Below, in pieces: positions 10,783 through 20,715 of a stretch of 64,000 bases of DNA. Source of the DNA: an uncultured Chloroflexia bacterium (lineage in GTDB: Bacteria > Chloroflexota > Limnocylindria > Limnocylindrales > CSP1-4). The DNA lies in assembly GCA_963833225.1 (NCBI GenBank), contig CAWHXD010000007.1, positions 224,001 to 288,000 on the forward strand. The letters run 5' to 3'. Made by a program: the position numbers and the translations under genes. Below the pieces are notes generated by a model. It was given only the letters and a program-made list of their open reading frames with translations. It had not been told where the DNA came from and did no database searches. Each line of letters begins with the position of its first letter. Positions within the stretch are counted from its first letter, which is position 1.

Positions 10783-11967
10783 ATGCTCCGGCTCCTGCAC
10801 ACCGCGGACGTGCATCTCGGCGCGCGCCATGCCGATCTCGGCGAGGCCGCCGCCGCCCAGCGCGAGCGCCAGTTCGCCGCCTTCGTCGCCAGCGTGGATC
10901 TCGCGCTCTCGGAGAAGGTGGACCTGTTCCTCGTCGCCGGGGACCTGTTCGACTCCAATGTCCAGCCCCGCCGCTCCGTGGAACGAGTCGCGGCGGAGCT
11001 TGGACGCCTGGTCAGGGACCGGGTCCGGACGGTCATCATCCCGGGCACCCACGACGTGTACGACCGCTCGTCCGTCTACCGCGCCTACGACCTCGCGGCC
11101 ATGGCCGGCGCAGCGGCGGGTGACGACCTGGTCACGGTGCTCACGCCGGAGCGCCCCTGGGTGCACCTCGACGCCCTGGACGCCGTGATCCACGGCCCGG
11201 TCTTCGCCACCAAGCGGGCCCCCCACAGCCCCCTTCGGGACCTCGCCTCGGTGAGCACGCCGGAGGCGACCTGGCGGATCGGGCTGGTCCACGGCGCCAT
11301 CGCGATCCCTGGCCGCACGGACCATGACGAGGTCGTGATCACGACCGACGAGATCGCCGCCAGCGGGCTGGACTACCTCGCGCTCGGTCACTGGCACGGC
11401 GCCCAGGTCGCCAGGGCCCGCGGCGTGACCTACGCGTATGCGGGGGCCCCGGAGCCCGTGGCGCTGGACCAGGACAAGGCGGGCAAGGTCCTGCTCGTGA
11501 CCCTGGACCAGCAATCGGGCGACAAGCAGGTCAGCGTCGAGGAGCGAGTGGTCGGGAAGACCACCTTCGAGCGGATCGAGATCGACGCCGCCACCCTCGA
11601 ATCGCAGCCGGCCCTCGTGGCCCGCCTCCGCGCCGCCGCGGACCGGGACCGCGTCCTGGACGTACGGCTGATCGGCGTCCGTCCGGACGCGCTGGACCTG
11701 GACACCGCGGAGGTCGAGGAGGCGCTCAAGCGCGACGTCCTCCGCATCCGCGTGCGGGACCACAGCCAACCGCCGCTGACCGACGGGGTCCTGCCCCCCG
11801 CCGAAACGGTCGCCGGGGCGTTCATCCGGACCATCGAGGGGCGGATCACGGCGCTCGAGGGCACCGACGGGTCGTCCGGCGCGACAGCCGGGCAGGAGGC
11901 GGAGGAGCTGCGTGACGTCCTTCGCCTTGGACGCCTGCTGCTCGCGGGCCGGGAGGTGACGCTGTGA
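10783..11967 (+). CDS. SbcD/Mre11-family metallophosphoesterase nuclease (YhaO-like)
   Basis: LLHTADVHLG, VAGDLFD, IPGTHD, LVHG, YLALGHWH, YAGAPE. Confidence 0.92.
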   Translation: MLRLLHTADVHLGARHADLGEAAAAQRERQFAAFVASVDLALSEKVDLFLVAGDLFDSNVQPRRSVERVAAELGRLVRDRVRTVIIPGTHDVYDRSSVYRAYDLAAMAGAAAGDDLVTVLTPERPWVHLDALDAVIHGPVFATKRAPHSPLRDLASVSTPEATWRIGLVHGAIAIPGRTDHDEVVITTDEIAASGLDYLALGHWHGAQVARARGVTYAYAGAPEPVALDQDKAGKVLLVTLDQQSGDKQVSVEERVVGKTTFERIEIDAATLESQPALVARLRAAADRDRVLDVRLIGVRPDALDLDTAEVEEALKRDVLRIRVRDHSQPPLTDGVLPPAETVAGAFIRTIEGRITALEGTDGSSGATAGQEAEELRDVLRLGRLLLAGREVTL

Positions 11968-14151
11968 GGATCAGCAGCCTCTCCGTTCGCGACCTGCGCC
12001 GCTACCAGGACTCGACGATCGAGCTGGCACCCGGCCTGACCGTCGTCCGGGGGCCCAACGAGGCGGGCAAGTCCACCCTCCAGCGGGCGATCGAGCTGGC
12101 CCTGACCCGCAAGCCGACGACGACGGCCGCCGATATCGACGGGCTTGCCCCGTGGGGCTCCGGCCCCGAAGCGCGGCCCTGGGTCGCGCTCTCGTTCACC
12201 TGGGATGACGAGGACGGCGTCATCCACGAGGGTCGCCTCGAGAAGCACTTCCTGGGCGCCAGGGGCACGGTTCGGCTCGAGGTCGGCGACGAGATCGTGA
12301 CCGATCCGGTCCGTGCCGACGAGCTGCTCGCCGAGCTCTCGGGTGTGCCCACCGAGGGCTTCTTCCGGTCCACGGCGTCGGTCCGGCACCACGAGCTGGC
12401 CGGGCTCCAGCGCGACGAGGCCGCGCTGCGGGACCGCCTCCAGGCATCGATCAGCGGTGCGGACCGGGGCACCAGCCGCGCGAAGAAGCAGCTCGATCGC
12501 GCGCTGCGGCGGGCTCCGCGCGAGCGGGGCCAAGAACCCGGGCCGGCTCAAGGTGGCCGAGGACGCCCTGGGCGATGCCACCGCGCAGCTTCGGCTCGGG
12601 GAGGAGGGCCTCGCCAGGCTCGAACGGGACCGAGACACGCTGTCGCTTGCCCGCGAGCGCCGCACCGAGACGGAGAAGGCGCTGCTCGAGCGCCGTGCCC
12701 TGCTGGACAAGGCCCGCCAGGCCGAGCGGCTGACCTCCGAGCGGGAGGCCGCCCGTGAGCGGTACGAGCGGCTCCGCAGCGCGGTCATCGTGCGCGACGA
12801 GCTGGCCGACCTGGACGCGAACCACCCGTCACCCCAGCCCGTCGCCGTGCTCAAGCCGGCCGTCGAGCGGCTTCGGGCCCTGGAGACCAAGATCGCGACC
12901 CTCGAGGCGATGCTGCAGGGCGAGGTCCAGGTCAGCTTCGAGGCCAAGCCGGAGACGCGCTGGCGCCCGTTGTCGAGGCTCGCCCTGGTCCTGGCCGTCA
13001 TCGGCATCCTGGTGGCTGCGGGCGGGTTCGCGCTCGACGCGCTCGGGATCGTGGCGCTGGGCCCGGCCCTGCCGGCGGTGGGTGGCGGGCTGGCGGTCGT
13101 CGCCGTCGGGTTCGGCATCGTGGGCTGGTGGCTTCGCCGCAAGGACCGCGTCCAGCAGCAGCTCCAGGACGTGGAGGTGGATCGCCGTCTCCGCGGTCGG
13201 TCAGAGATCGAGCACGAGCTCAAGGCGGCCAACGTCGATCGGACGGCCGAGCTCGAGGCGCTTGCCGTCGAGATCACCGCCGAGGCCGAGGAGCGCCTCC
13301 GGGTCGAGGAGGCGCATGTCGCCCAGATCGACGAGCGCCGGGCGCGCCTCGCGGGGCTCGTGGGCGATGAGCCGCGGGACCGGCTGCCGGACCTGCGGGA
13401 CGCCTCGGCCCTGGAGATCGAGCAGAAGACATCGGCGCTCGATGCCCTGGGCCCGATCGCCAAGGAGCCCCGGGCGAGGGAGCGCCTGGAGGTCGAGGTC
13501 GCGGATGCCGAGCGCCAGCTGGAGCGCGCCCGCGACGAGGAGGCCGATGCCCGCGCCCGGGTCGAGCAGAACCCGGTGGACGCCGAGGAGGTCGCCGGCC
13601 TGGCCGAGCGGGTGGCGACCTGGACGGAGGAGCTGGCCGCCCTCAAGCGCCGCGAGCGCGTCTACGCCCTCACCCTGCGCGAGATCAACGCGGCGGAACA
13701 GGCCACCATGCAGCGCGCCACACGCTACCTCGAGCGTCGCATGGTCAAGGATCTCGCCCGCGTGACCGATGGCCGCTATCGCCGCGTCCGGGTGGACGAC
13801 ACCAACCTCAGCATCGACGTGTTCTCACCCGAGAAGGGCGACTGGGTGCCGGTGTCGGACCTTTCACAGGGCACGCTCGATGTCGTGTACCTCGCGGCCC
13901 GGCTGGGCCTGGTGCGGCTCGTGACCGGCGACCGCCGGCCACCGCTGGTCCTCGACGACCCGTTCGTGACCCTGGACGACCGCCGCGCCCCGCGGGCACT
14001 CGAGCTGCTGCGCGAGGTCAGTGCCGATTTCCAGGTGATCTACCTCACCACCTCGACCCGGTACGACGCGCTGGCGGACAAGGTCGTGGAGCTCGCCGGT
14101 CCCACCGCCACGGACCCCCATGTCGAGGCCGAGGAGGCCGCGCCTGCCTGA
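11964..14151 (+). CDS. SbcC/Rad50-like SMC ATPase with internal TM hairpin (YhaN-like; frameshift near 12505)
   Basis: Walker A GPNEAGKST, long coiled coils, two hydrophobic helices, signature LSQGT, Walker B PLVLDDPFV. Confidence 0.88.
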
Positions 14152-15010
14152 GCTCGGACCGGGCATCATCGTGGTCGTCCTGGGCCTCACGTCGGCGGTG
14201 ACCTGGGGGACCGGGGACTTTGGCGGCGGGCTGCTGAGCCGCCGGGCGCCCCTGTTCGGCGTGGTCGGCCTGACGCAGATCACCGGGATGTTCGCGGCGC
14301 TCGCGCTCGCGGTCGCCCTCGGCGAGCCGGTGCCGACGTTCCCGGACATCGGGTGGGCGATCGGCGCGGGGATCGGTGGGATCGTCGGGATCTCGTGCCT
14401 CTACCGCGGCCTCGCCGTGGGACGCATGGGCGTCGTGGCGCCGACCACCGGAATCATCGCGGCCACGGTCCCGGTCCTGGTCGGGTTCGCGATGCAGGGC
14501 ATCCCGGTGCCGGCGACCATCGCGGGGATCGTCGGTGCCCTGGTCGCGGTCGGGCTCGTCACGCGGGCGCCGGGTGTTGGCAGCGACCGGCCGTCGGGCC
14601 TGGAGTGGGCGGTCGTCTCGGGCATCGCCATCGCCTGGTTCAACATCTGCATCGGCCAGTTCAGCGGCGACAGCGCCTTCGGGCTGCTGGTCATCATCCG
14701 GCTCCTGCAGGCGATCGTGATGGCCTTGCTGATCGTCCTGTGGCGTCAGCCCTGGCGGCTCCCCGCGGACATCCTGGGCAAGCTGCTGGTCATCGGCCTG
14801 CTGGACATGATCGGGAATGCGGCGTTCATCCTCGCCGCCCAGGCCGGCGACCTCGCCGTCGCCGTGGTGCTGTCATCGCTGTACCCCGTGGTCACCGTGG
14901 TGCTGGCGATCGCCATCCTGCGCGAGCACCTGTCCCGCAGCCACGTGGCCGGCATCGTCCTGACCGCCATCTCGATCGTCCTGATCACGGCCGGGTCGGC
15001 CGGAGGGTGA
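14120..15010 (+). CDS. EamA/DMT family transporter (start uncertain)
   Basis: WGTGDFGGG, GRMGVVAP, LSSLYPVVTVVLAIAILREHL; about 10 TM segments. Confidence 0.88.
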   Translation: MSRPRRPRLPELGPGIIVVVLGLTSAVTWGTGDFGGGLLSRRAPLFGVVGLTQITGMFAALALAVALGEPVPTFPDIGWAIGAGIGGIVGISCLYRGLAVGRMGVVAPTTGIIAATVPVLVGFAMQGIPVPATIAGIVGALVAVGLVTRAPGVGSDRPSGLEWAVVSGIAIAWFNICIGQFSGDSAFGLLVIIRLLQAIVMALLIVLWRQPWRLPADILGKLLVIGLLDMIGNAAFILAAQAGDLAVAVVLSSLYPVVTVVLAIAILREHLSRSHVAGIVLTAISIVLITAGSAGG

Positions 15011-15032
15011 TCGTGGCCGGTACGATGCGCCC

Positions 15033-15491
15033 GTGAGGATCTCCGCCAAGGTCGACTACGCGGTCCGCGCCCTGTGCGAGCTCGCCGCTCACCAGGCCGA
15101 TGTGCCCCTCAAGGCCGAGCAGATCGCCACCGCCCAGGAGATCCCGCTCTCGTTCCTCGAGAACATCCTCGTGGACCTGCGGCGCGCCGGGTTCGTGCGC
15201 TCGCTCCGCGGGCAGGTTGGCGGCTACCGGATGGCGAAGCCGGCGTCCGAGATCACGATCGCCGACGTCATCCGGGCCGTGGAGGGTCCGCTCGCCGATG
15301 TTCGCGGGCTGCGGCCCGAGCACCTGGAGTTCACGGGCTCCGCCACGGCGCTTCGCGACGTCTGGCTGGCGACGCGCGTGGGGCTGCGGCGGGTCCTGGA
15401 GCGGATCACCATCGGGGACGTGGTGGCCGGCAGCATCCCGCCCGACGTCGCGGTCCTGCTCGAGGACCCGGACGCGCTCATCCCGCACTGA
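15033..15491 (+). CDS. Rrf2-family transcriptional regulator (CymR-like, lacks the Fe-S cysteine triad)
   Basis: MRISAKVDYAVRAL, FLENILVDLRRAGFVRSLRGQVGGY, ITIADVIRAVEGPL. Confidence 0.92.
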   Translation: MRISAKVDYAVRALCELAAHQADVPLKAEQIATAQEIPLSFLENILVDLRRAGFVRSLRGQVGGYRMAKPASEITIADVIRAVEGPLADVRGLRPEHLEFTGSATALRDVWLATRVGLRRVLERITIGDVVAGSIPPDVAVLLEDPDALIPH

Positions 15492-15526
15492 CCCGCGTGC
15501 CGGGCGGCACCTCGGGCCCGTTCGCG

Positions 15527-16399
15527 CTAGGTGGTCAGGAGCCCCCGCTTCTCACGGATGCGCCGATCCAGCGTCCCGAACACCAGCGAGTCCAGCACGA
15601 TCCCGATGATCAGGATCACCAGCATGGTCGCCAGCAGGCCCTGCGCGTCGGACAGCTCCCGGTTGACCTGGAGCAGCTGGCCAAGGGACGCCTGGTTGGC
15701 GATGACCACGATCAGCTCGCCGGCCATCAGGCTCCGCCAGGCGAACGCCCATCCATTCTTGATGCCCGCCATGAACGAGGGCATCGCCGCCGGCAGGATG
15801 ACGTGGCGGTACTCGTCGATCCCCGTCGCACCGAGCACGCGGCCGGCCCGCCGGAGCACGGGCGGGATGTGGTCGATGCCGTGGATGAGCCCGTTCGCGA
15901 TCGACGGGGCCGCGCCGAGCACCACGACGAACGTGATGGCTTCCTCGGACAGCTTGAACAGCAGGATCGCCAGCGGGAACCAGGCGATCGAGGGCATGGT
16001 CTGGAGCCCGGTGATGAGCGACCCGATGGCCGCCCGCATGATCCGGAATCGCGTCACCATCGCCCCGATCGCCACCCCGATGACGATGGCCGCGGCAAAG
16101 CCCCAGATGCCACGCCGAAACGTGGTTGCCACGGCCAACCACAGTTGCGGTGTCTGCAGGTCCGACGCGAGCCGGGCCAGCACGTCAACCGGGCTCGGCA
16201 GCACGTACTGGGGGCGCCAGCCGGTCCAGACGACGGTCTGCCACAGCAGGAAGACCATGCTCAGCGCAAGCACCTTCGGCCACAGGCCGGACCAGGTGCG
16301 CCGGAGCGGGGACGCCGGGCCGACCAGCGGCGCGGCCAGGGCGTCCAGCCCGGCGACCTCCGCCCGGGATCGGGGCAGGTGCCGGATGCTAGCGGCCAT
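15527..16399 (-). CDS. ABC transporter permease (SsuC/TauC-like)
   Basis: GLQTMPSIAWFPLA, EAA-like loop RAGRVLGA, WAFAWRSLMAGEL. Confidence 0.9.
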   Translation of the reverse strand: MAASIRHLPRSRAEVAGLDALAAPLVGPASPLRRTWSGLWPKVLALSMVFLLWQTVVWTGWRPQYVLPSPVDVLARLASDLQTPQLWLAVATTFRRGIWGFAAAIVIGVAIGAMVTRFRIMRAAIGSLITGLQTMPSIAWFPLAILLFKLSEEAITFVVVLGAAPSIANGLIHGIDHIPPVLRRAGRVLGATGIDEYRHVILPAAMPSFMAGIKNGWAFAWRSLMAGELIVVIANQASLGQLLQVNRELSDAQGLLATMLVILIIGIVLDSLVFGTLDRRIREKRGLLTT

Positions 16400-17204
16400 G
16401 GCTGGCGACCTCCTCACGCAGCCGCGCCGTCACGAGCGCGGCGAGCGCGGCGACGTCCGGATCCTCGATCCGGCGCGGCCGTGGGATGTCCACGCAGAAC
16501 TCCTCGGCCACTCGACCGGGCCGGCTGGTCAGCAGCACGATCCGGTCGCCGAGGCGTGCCGCCTCGCGGACGTTGTGGGTCACGAACACGATCGTGCAGC
16601 CGGTCTGCTGCCAGATCCGCTCCAGCTCGTCGTGCAGGATGTCGCGGGTCATCGCGTCCAGCGCGCCGAACGGCTCGTCCATGAGCAGGATCTCCGAGTC
16701 GCGGGCGAGGGCCCGCGCCAGGGCAGCGCGCTGGCGCATCCCGCCCGAGAGCTCGTGCGGCTGGCGATCCGCGAAGGCCGTGAGCTGGACCAGCTCGAGA
16801 AGCTCGGCGACACGCTCACGCCGCTCCCGGGTGGGGACCTTTCGGAGCTTGAGCGGCAGCTCGACGTTGCGCTCGACGGACAGCCACGGGAACAGGGCCG
16901 CATCCTGGAACATGAAGGATGGGTCGTCGGCACGGTGGACGGATCCGGTGGTCGGGGCGTCGAGGCCCGCGATCAGGTTGAGCAGCGTGGACTTGCCGCA
17001 CCCCGAGGCGCCGAGGATCGACACGAACTCGCCCTCGTGGACGGTCAGGCTGATGTCCTCGAGCGCGGTCACGGACCCGGAACCGGCGGGGAACACCTTG
17101 GTGACGGCATCGATCCGGACGGTGACCCGCCCGCCCGCGGTGGCCGGCGACTCGGGCGCGGACGGCCGCTCATCACCGCGTTCGGGAGCGCGGAGGGCGA
17201 TCAT
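16389..17204 (-). CDS. ABC transporter ATP-binding protein (SsuB/TauB-like)
   Basis: GASGCGKST, LSGGMRQR, LLMDEPFGALD, FVTHN. Confidence 0.93.
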   Translation of the reverse strand: MIALRAPERGDERPSAPESPATAGGRVTVRIDAVTKVFPAGSGSVTALEDISLTVHEGEFVSILGASGCGKSTLLNLIAGLDAPTTGSVHRADDPSFMFQDAALFPWLSVERNVELPLKLRKVPTRERRERVAELLELVQLTAFADRQPHELSGGMRQRAALARALARDSEILLMDEPFGALDAMTRDILHDELERIWQQTGCTIVFVTHNVREAARLGDRIVLLTSRPGRVAEEFCVDIPRPRRIEDPDVAALAALVTARLREEVASHGR

Positions 17205-18296
17205 CGGCCCATGACCTCCGGCCGGCCGAGCGCCTTCAGGAGCGCGTTGAGCGGCGCGAGGTCGTACAGGCCCGTGAGATCACCCGGGTCCTCCAGCAGC
17301 CCGACGGCGATCGCGTCCTCCGCTGAGGTCGCGAGCGACGACGCGATCGGGTCGACCGTGAAGGTCAGGTTGCCCCACGCCGCCCTGAGCAGGCTGTCGC
17401 CGAGCTTCTTCGTCGTCCACTTCTGGATCTCCGCGTTGACGATCGCCTGCGCCTGATCCGGGTGTTCGTTGGTGAAGTCCACGGCTCTGATGGTCGCGAG
17501 CAGGATCCGCCGGATGACCTCCGGGTTCGCTTCCATGTACCGGCGGGAGACGAGAAGGTGCGTCGTGACGTACCGGCCGTCCGGCCACAGGTCCCGCTCG
17601 TCGACCAGCACCCTGGCGCCGGCATCCTCGATGAGCCGGGTCGCCCACGGCTCCGGGACCCAGGCGCCGTCGATGGTGCCCGCGATGAAGGTGTCGAGGG
17701 TCTGCGAGTTGTCCTGCGGGACGACGGACACGTCGCCGCCGCCGGCCGTGTCCGTGGACAGCCCCTGATCCCTGAGCCACGAACGAAGCGCGACGTCCTG
17801 GGTGTTGCCGAGCGACGGGCTCGCAACCTTCCTGCCCCTGAGGTCGGCAGCCGTGTCGATCCCGGGGCGAACGACGAGGAACGCGCCGCCCGAGGTGGAG
17901 CCCGAGATCACCTTGAAGTCGCCCCCGGCCTTGGAGAAGGCGTTGATGGCCGGGTTGGGACCGATGAACGTGATGTCGATCGCGTCGGCGAACAGCGCCT
18001 CGACGGCACTGGTGCCCGAGTTGAACGCCGAGACCTGGACCGTCGCCTTGGGCAGCAGCTCCGACAGCTGGCCACCGTCGGCGAGCGCCACCAGGCCGGG
18101 AGCGTGGGTGATGTTGGGGAACACCCCGAACCGGATCGTCACCGCGTCGTCGATGGGGCCGGGGACCCCCATCGTCGGCCGAGATGGCCGCGGCGGGTGC
18201 GGGACTGGGCAAGGACGCCCCGCTCCCACACGACACGGTCAGCAGCAGGGTGATGGCGGCGAGGGCAGGGACCCTGCCACCCACAGATGAGCCCAT
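17201..18296 (-). CDS. ABC substrate-binding lipoprotein (SsuA-like; frameshift near 18180)
   Basis: Signal peptide with lipobox (LLLTVSC) in the frame starting at 18296. FPNITHAP, IGPNPAIN, LGNTQDVALR and WVPEPW are in the frame ending at 17201. Confidence 0.87.
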
Positions 18297-18330
18297 CGCG
18301 TTTCCCTTCCGCCTTTCACATCTTTCGACC

Positions 18331-18356
18331 TTTGTCGACCAACAAACTGAACATTA
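18331..18356 (-). promoter_or_regulatory. Putative -10 box (TAATGT) and palindromic operator TTTGT-N6-ACAAA upstream of the ABC operon
   Basis: AT-rich patch. ACATTA at 18351-18356 on the plus strand; TTTGTCGACCAACAAA at 18331-18346. Confidence 0.5.
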
Positions 18357-18412
18357 GCACACGGGTGGGGTGCCTGTCGCGGATGGCACGGCTCATGGCG
18401 GAGTAGCGGTCG

Positions 18413-18949
18413 TCAAGCTCTCGCCGGCACGCGCACGACCAGGGCGCTGTCGATGTCGATCGCGGTGGTGAGCCGCCACACGTTCTCGAATCCCTCCCGG
18501 GCCAGCTGACCGTCCGCGAGCGCGCGGCCGAGATCGGCCAGGTGCGAGCGGACGGCGTCGTCCGGGACCGCGAGCCGCCCCGGGCGTGCCCGGTTCCTCG
18601 CCAGCACCAGGTCCGCCGGCAGGTCGAGCGCGATCGCGATCGCCGGCAGGCCGGCGATCGAGGCCTCGCGGAGCAGGGCCGCCCGGGCGCGGGCCGTCAC
18701 GTTGGTCGCGTCGACCACGGTCAGGCGGCGGTCATGGAGTCGCCTGCGCAGGGCTCCGTGGAGGGCCGCGAACGCGGGCCGCGTCGCGCGCTGATCGGTG
18801 GGGTCGCCGCTCACCAGCCCGCGGTAGGCGTCCGACGAGAGGATCTCGTCCGCACCGAAATGCTGCGCCGCGAACGTGGACTTGCCGGCCCCCGCGGCGC
18901 CCACGAGCACGACCAGGCAGGGATCAGGGAGTCGGATCTCGGAGGGCAT
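18413..18949 (-). CDS. AAA_33 P-loop kinase (resembles the kinase domain of bacterial Pnkp)
   Basis: LVVLVGAAGAGKSTFA, LSSDAYR, LTVVDATNV. Confidence 0.85.
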   Translation of the reverse strand: MPSEIRLPDPCLVVLVGAAGAGKSTFAAQHFGADEILSSDAYRGLVSGDPTDQRATRPAFAALHGALRRRLHDRRLTVVDATNVTARARAALLREASIAGLPAIAIALDLPADLVLARNRARPGRLAVPDDAVRSHLADLGRALADGQLAREGFENVWRLTTAIDIDSALVVRVPARA

Positions 18950-20645
18950 GGGGCGCGCCCCCGGGCGCCGGTGCACCTTCGGGCGCGGGCGTGCTCTTGG
19001 GCGTCGGCGTGGATGCGGGTGTCGGCGTGGGCGTGCTCTTGGGCGTGGGCGTCGATGCGGGTGTCGGCGTGGGCGTGCTCTTGGGCGTGCTCTTGGGCGT
19101 GGGCGTCGATGCGGGTGTCGGGGTCGGTGACTTGGTGGGCTTGGGGGTCGGCTTGGGGGTCGGCTTGGGGGTCGGCTTGGGGGTCGGCTTGATCCCGCAC
19201 GTGGTCGATGTGGTCGGCCGCTTGGTCGGCCCCGAGCCCGCGGCGGGCATTGCATCGAACCCCTTGGGCCGGACGCCCGTCGGCGTGAACAGCTTGGCCG
19301 CCATCGCCCGGATTTGCTTGACCTGGGGAAGCTGGATCGAACCGCGAGCGTCATAGCCGCTCTTCACGTACGGGTGGCCCAACACGAACCGGAACGTGTC
19401 ATTGCGCCCGACCTGGCTCGCGGCGTCGATCCAGTCGGCGATGAACGACGGCTTGATGTTGGTGCTGACCGTCTCGCCCACGCCCTTGAGGAACTTGGCC
19501 GGGTTCTCGAGCAGGCCTCCCTTGACGATCTTGTCGCGCAGGGCGGCGATCACCTCCTGCTGGCGCGCCTGGCGGGTGAAGTCGCTCTCGCCGGCGGCCT
19601 TGCGGCTGCGGGCGTAGGCGAGGGCATTCTGGCCGTTGAAGTGGTAACGGCCGGGCGTGATGCTGAACCCTTTGAAGTCCTGGTAGGTATACGTGGGGTC
19701 GCAGAAGCCGTCGGTCACGGTGACGTTGATGCCGCCGACGCCGTCCACGAGATCGACGAACCCGTTGAGGTTGACCTCGGCCCACATCTCGATGTGGATC
19801 TTCAGCAGCTGGCCGATCGCGGCGGCAAGGACGGATTCACCCCGCTTGGCACCAGCGAAGGCCTTCGGGTTGTGGTTCGCGAACGACACCAGGCCGTTGA
19901 TCTTCCCCTTGTAGACCCGCCCATCGGGGAGCGGCACGTCAACCATGTCGCGCGGCAACGAAAGCATCGAGACCGTGTTGCCGACCGGGTCGAGCGAGGC
20001 GACGATCATCGTGTCGGTCAGGAACGTGTGCACGTTCGGGCGCCCCGAGTCCACGCCGATCAGCAGCACGTTGACGCGGGGAACCTCCGGCACCTCGGAC
20101 GGTTCGAGCGAGGCGGAGGGAGACGGGAGCGCGGAGGCGTCCGGATCCACCGCGAAGTCGGGATCGTTGGAGGCGACCGGCACGGGGCTCGAATCCGGCA
20201 CCCAGGCTTCGCCCCCGTCGACCGGCGCGTAGACCTCGGCCGCGGCGTCCCGGGCGTCCAGGGTCAGGCCGGCGACCACCAGCTGCGGCGCAGCGACGAT
20301 GGCGATGGCGACGATGGCCGCCACGATCGTGGACGCCGAACCCCGGATCGGCGTGATCTGGCGAACCGCGGCGAGCGCGCCCAGCCGCCACGCGAGCAGC
20401 AGCCCCTGGATCACGAGCAGCACGGCGAGCACCTGCGGGTCGAACAGGCGGGCCGCGAGCGAGGTCACGCTGCTGCCGAGGAGCAGCGCCACGCCAATCC
20501 CCACCAGCACGAACGCGGGCAGGGCCAGGATCAGGGCCCAGCGCCGCCGCCCGGCGACGAGGTGGCCAAGACCCGGGAACACGGCATTGAGAATCAGCAG
20601 GCGCTCAGCAGAGGAGGCGGGCGCAGGACGGTCGGTCGGGGACAT
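18924..20645 (-). CDS. LCP (LytR-CpsA-Psr) family protein with Pro/Thr-rich C-terminal repeats
   Basis: N-terminal TM segments, NVLLIGVDS, TDTMIVASLD, LSLPRD, ALAYARSR, SDFTRQARQQ. Confidence 0.92.
   Translation of the reverse strand: MSPTDRPAPASSAERLLILNAVFPGLGHLVAGRRRWALILALPAFVLVGIGVALLLGSSVTSLAARLFDPQVLAVLLVIQGLLLAWRLGALAAVRQITPIRGSASTIVAAIVAIAIVAAPQLVVAGLTLDARDAAAEVYAPVDGGEAWVPDSSPVPVASNDPDFAVDPDASALPSPSASLEPSEVPEVPRVNVLLIGVDSGRPNVHTFLTDTMIVASLDPVGNTVSMLSLPRDMVDVPLPDGRVYKGKINGLVSFANHNPKAFAGAKRGESVLAAAIGQLLKIHIEMWAEVNLNGFVDLVDGVGGINVTVTDGFCDPTYTYQDFKGFSITPGRYHFNGQNALAYARSRKAAGESDFTRQARQQEVIAALRDKIVKGGLLENPAKFLKGVGETVSTNIKPSFIADWIDAASQVGRNDTFRFVLGHPYVKSGYDARGSIQLPQVKQIRAMAAKLFTPTGVRPKGFDAMPAAGSGPTKRPTTSTTCGIKPTPKPTPKPTPKPTPKPTKSPTPTPASTPTPKSTPKSTPTPTPASTPTPKSTPTPTPASTPTPKSTPAPEGAPAPGGAPHALRDPTP
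18978..19190 (-). repeat. Coding tandem repeats (KPTP and STPTP units) in the LCP tail
   Basis: GGCTTGGGGGTC occurs four times in tandem near 19138-19185, followed by repeated PKSTPTPTPASTPT units. Confidence 0.85.
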
Positions 20646-20715
20646 CGGGCGAAGGATCGGCTGCTTCGCCGATTTTCGCAACTCGACCCTGGCCGCGCTC
20701 CGGTACGGTGGCGTC

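Noticed and set aside
18978-19190. Tandem repeats as a CRISPR array
   Set aside because: There are no unique spacers and no cas genes; the repeats encode the Pro/Thr/Lys linker of the LCP protein.
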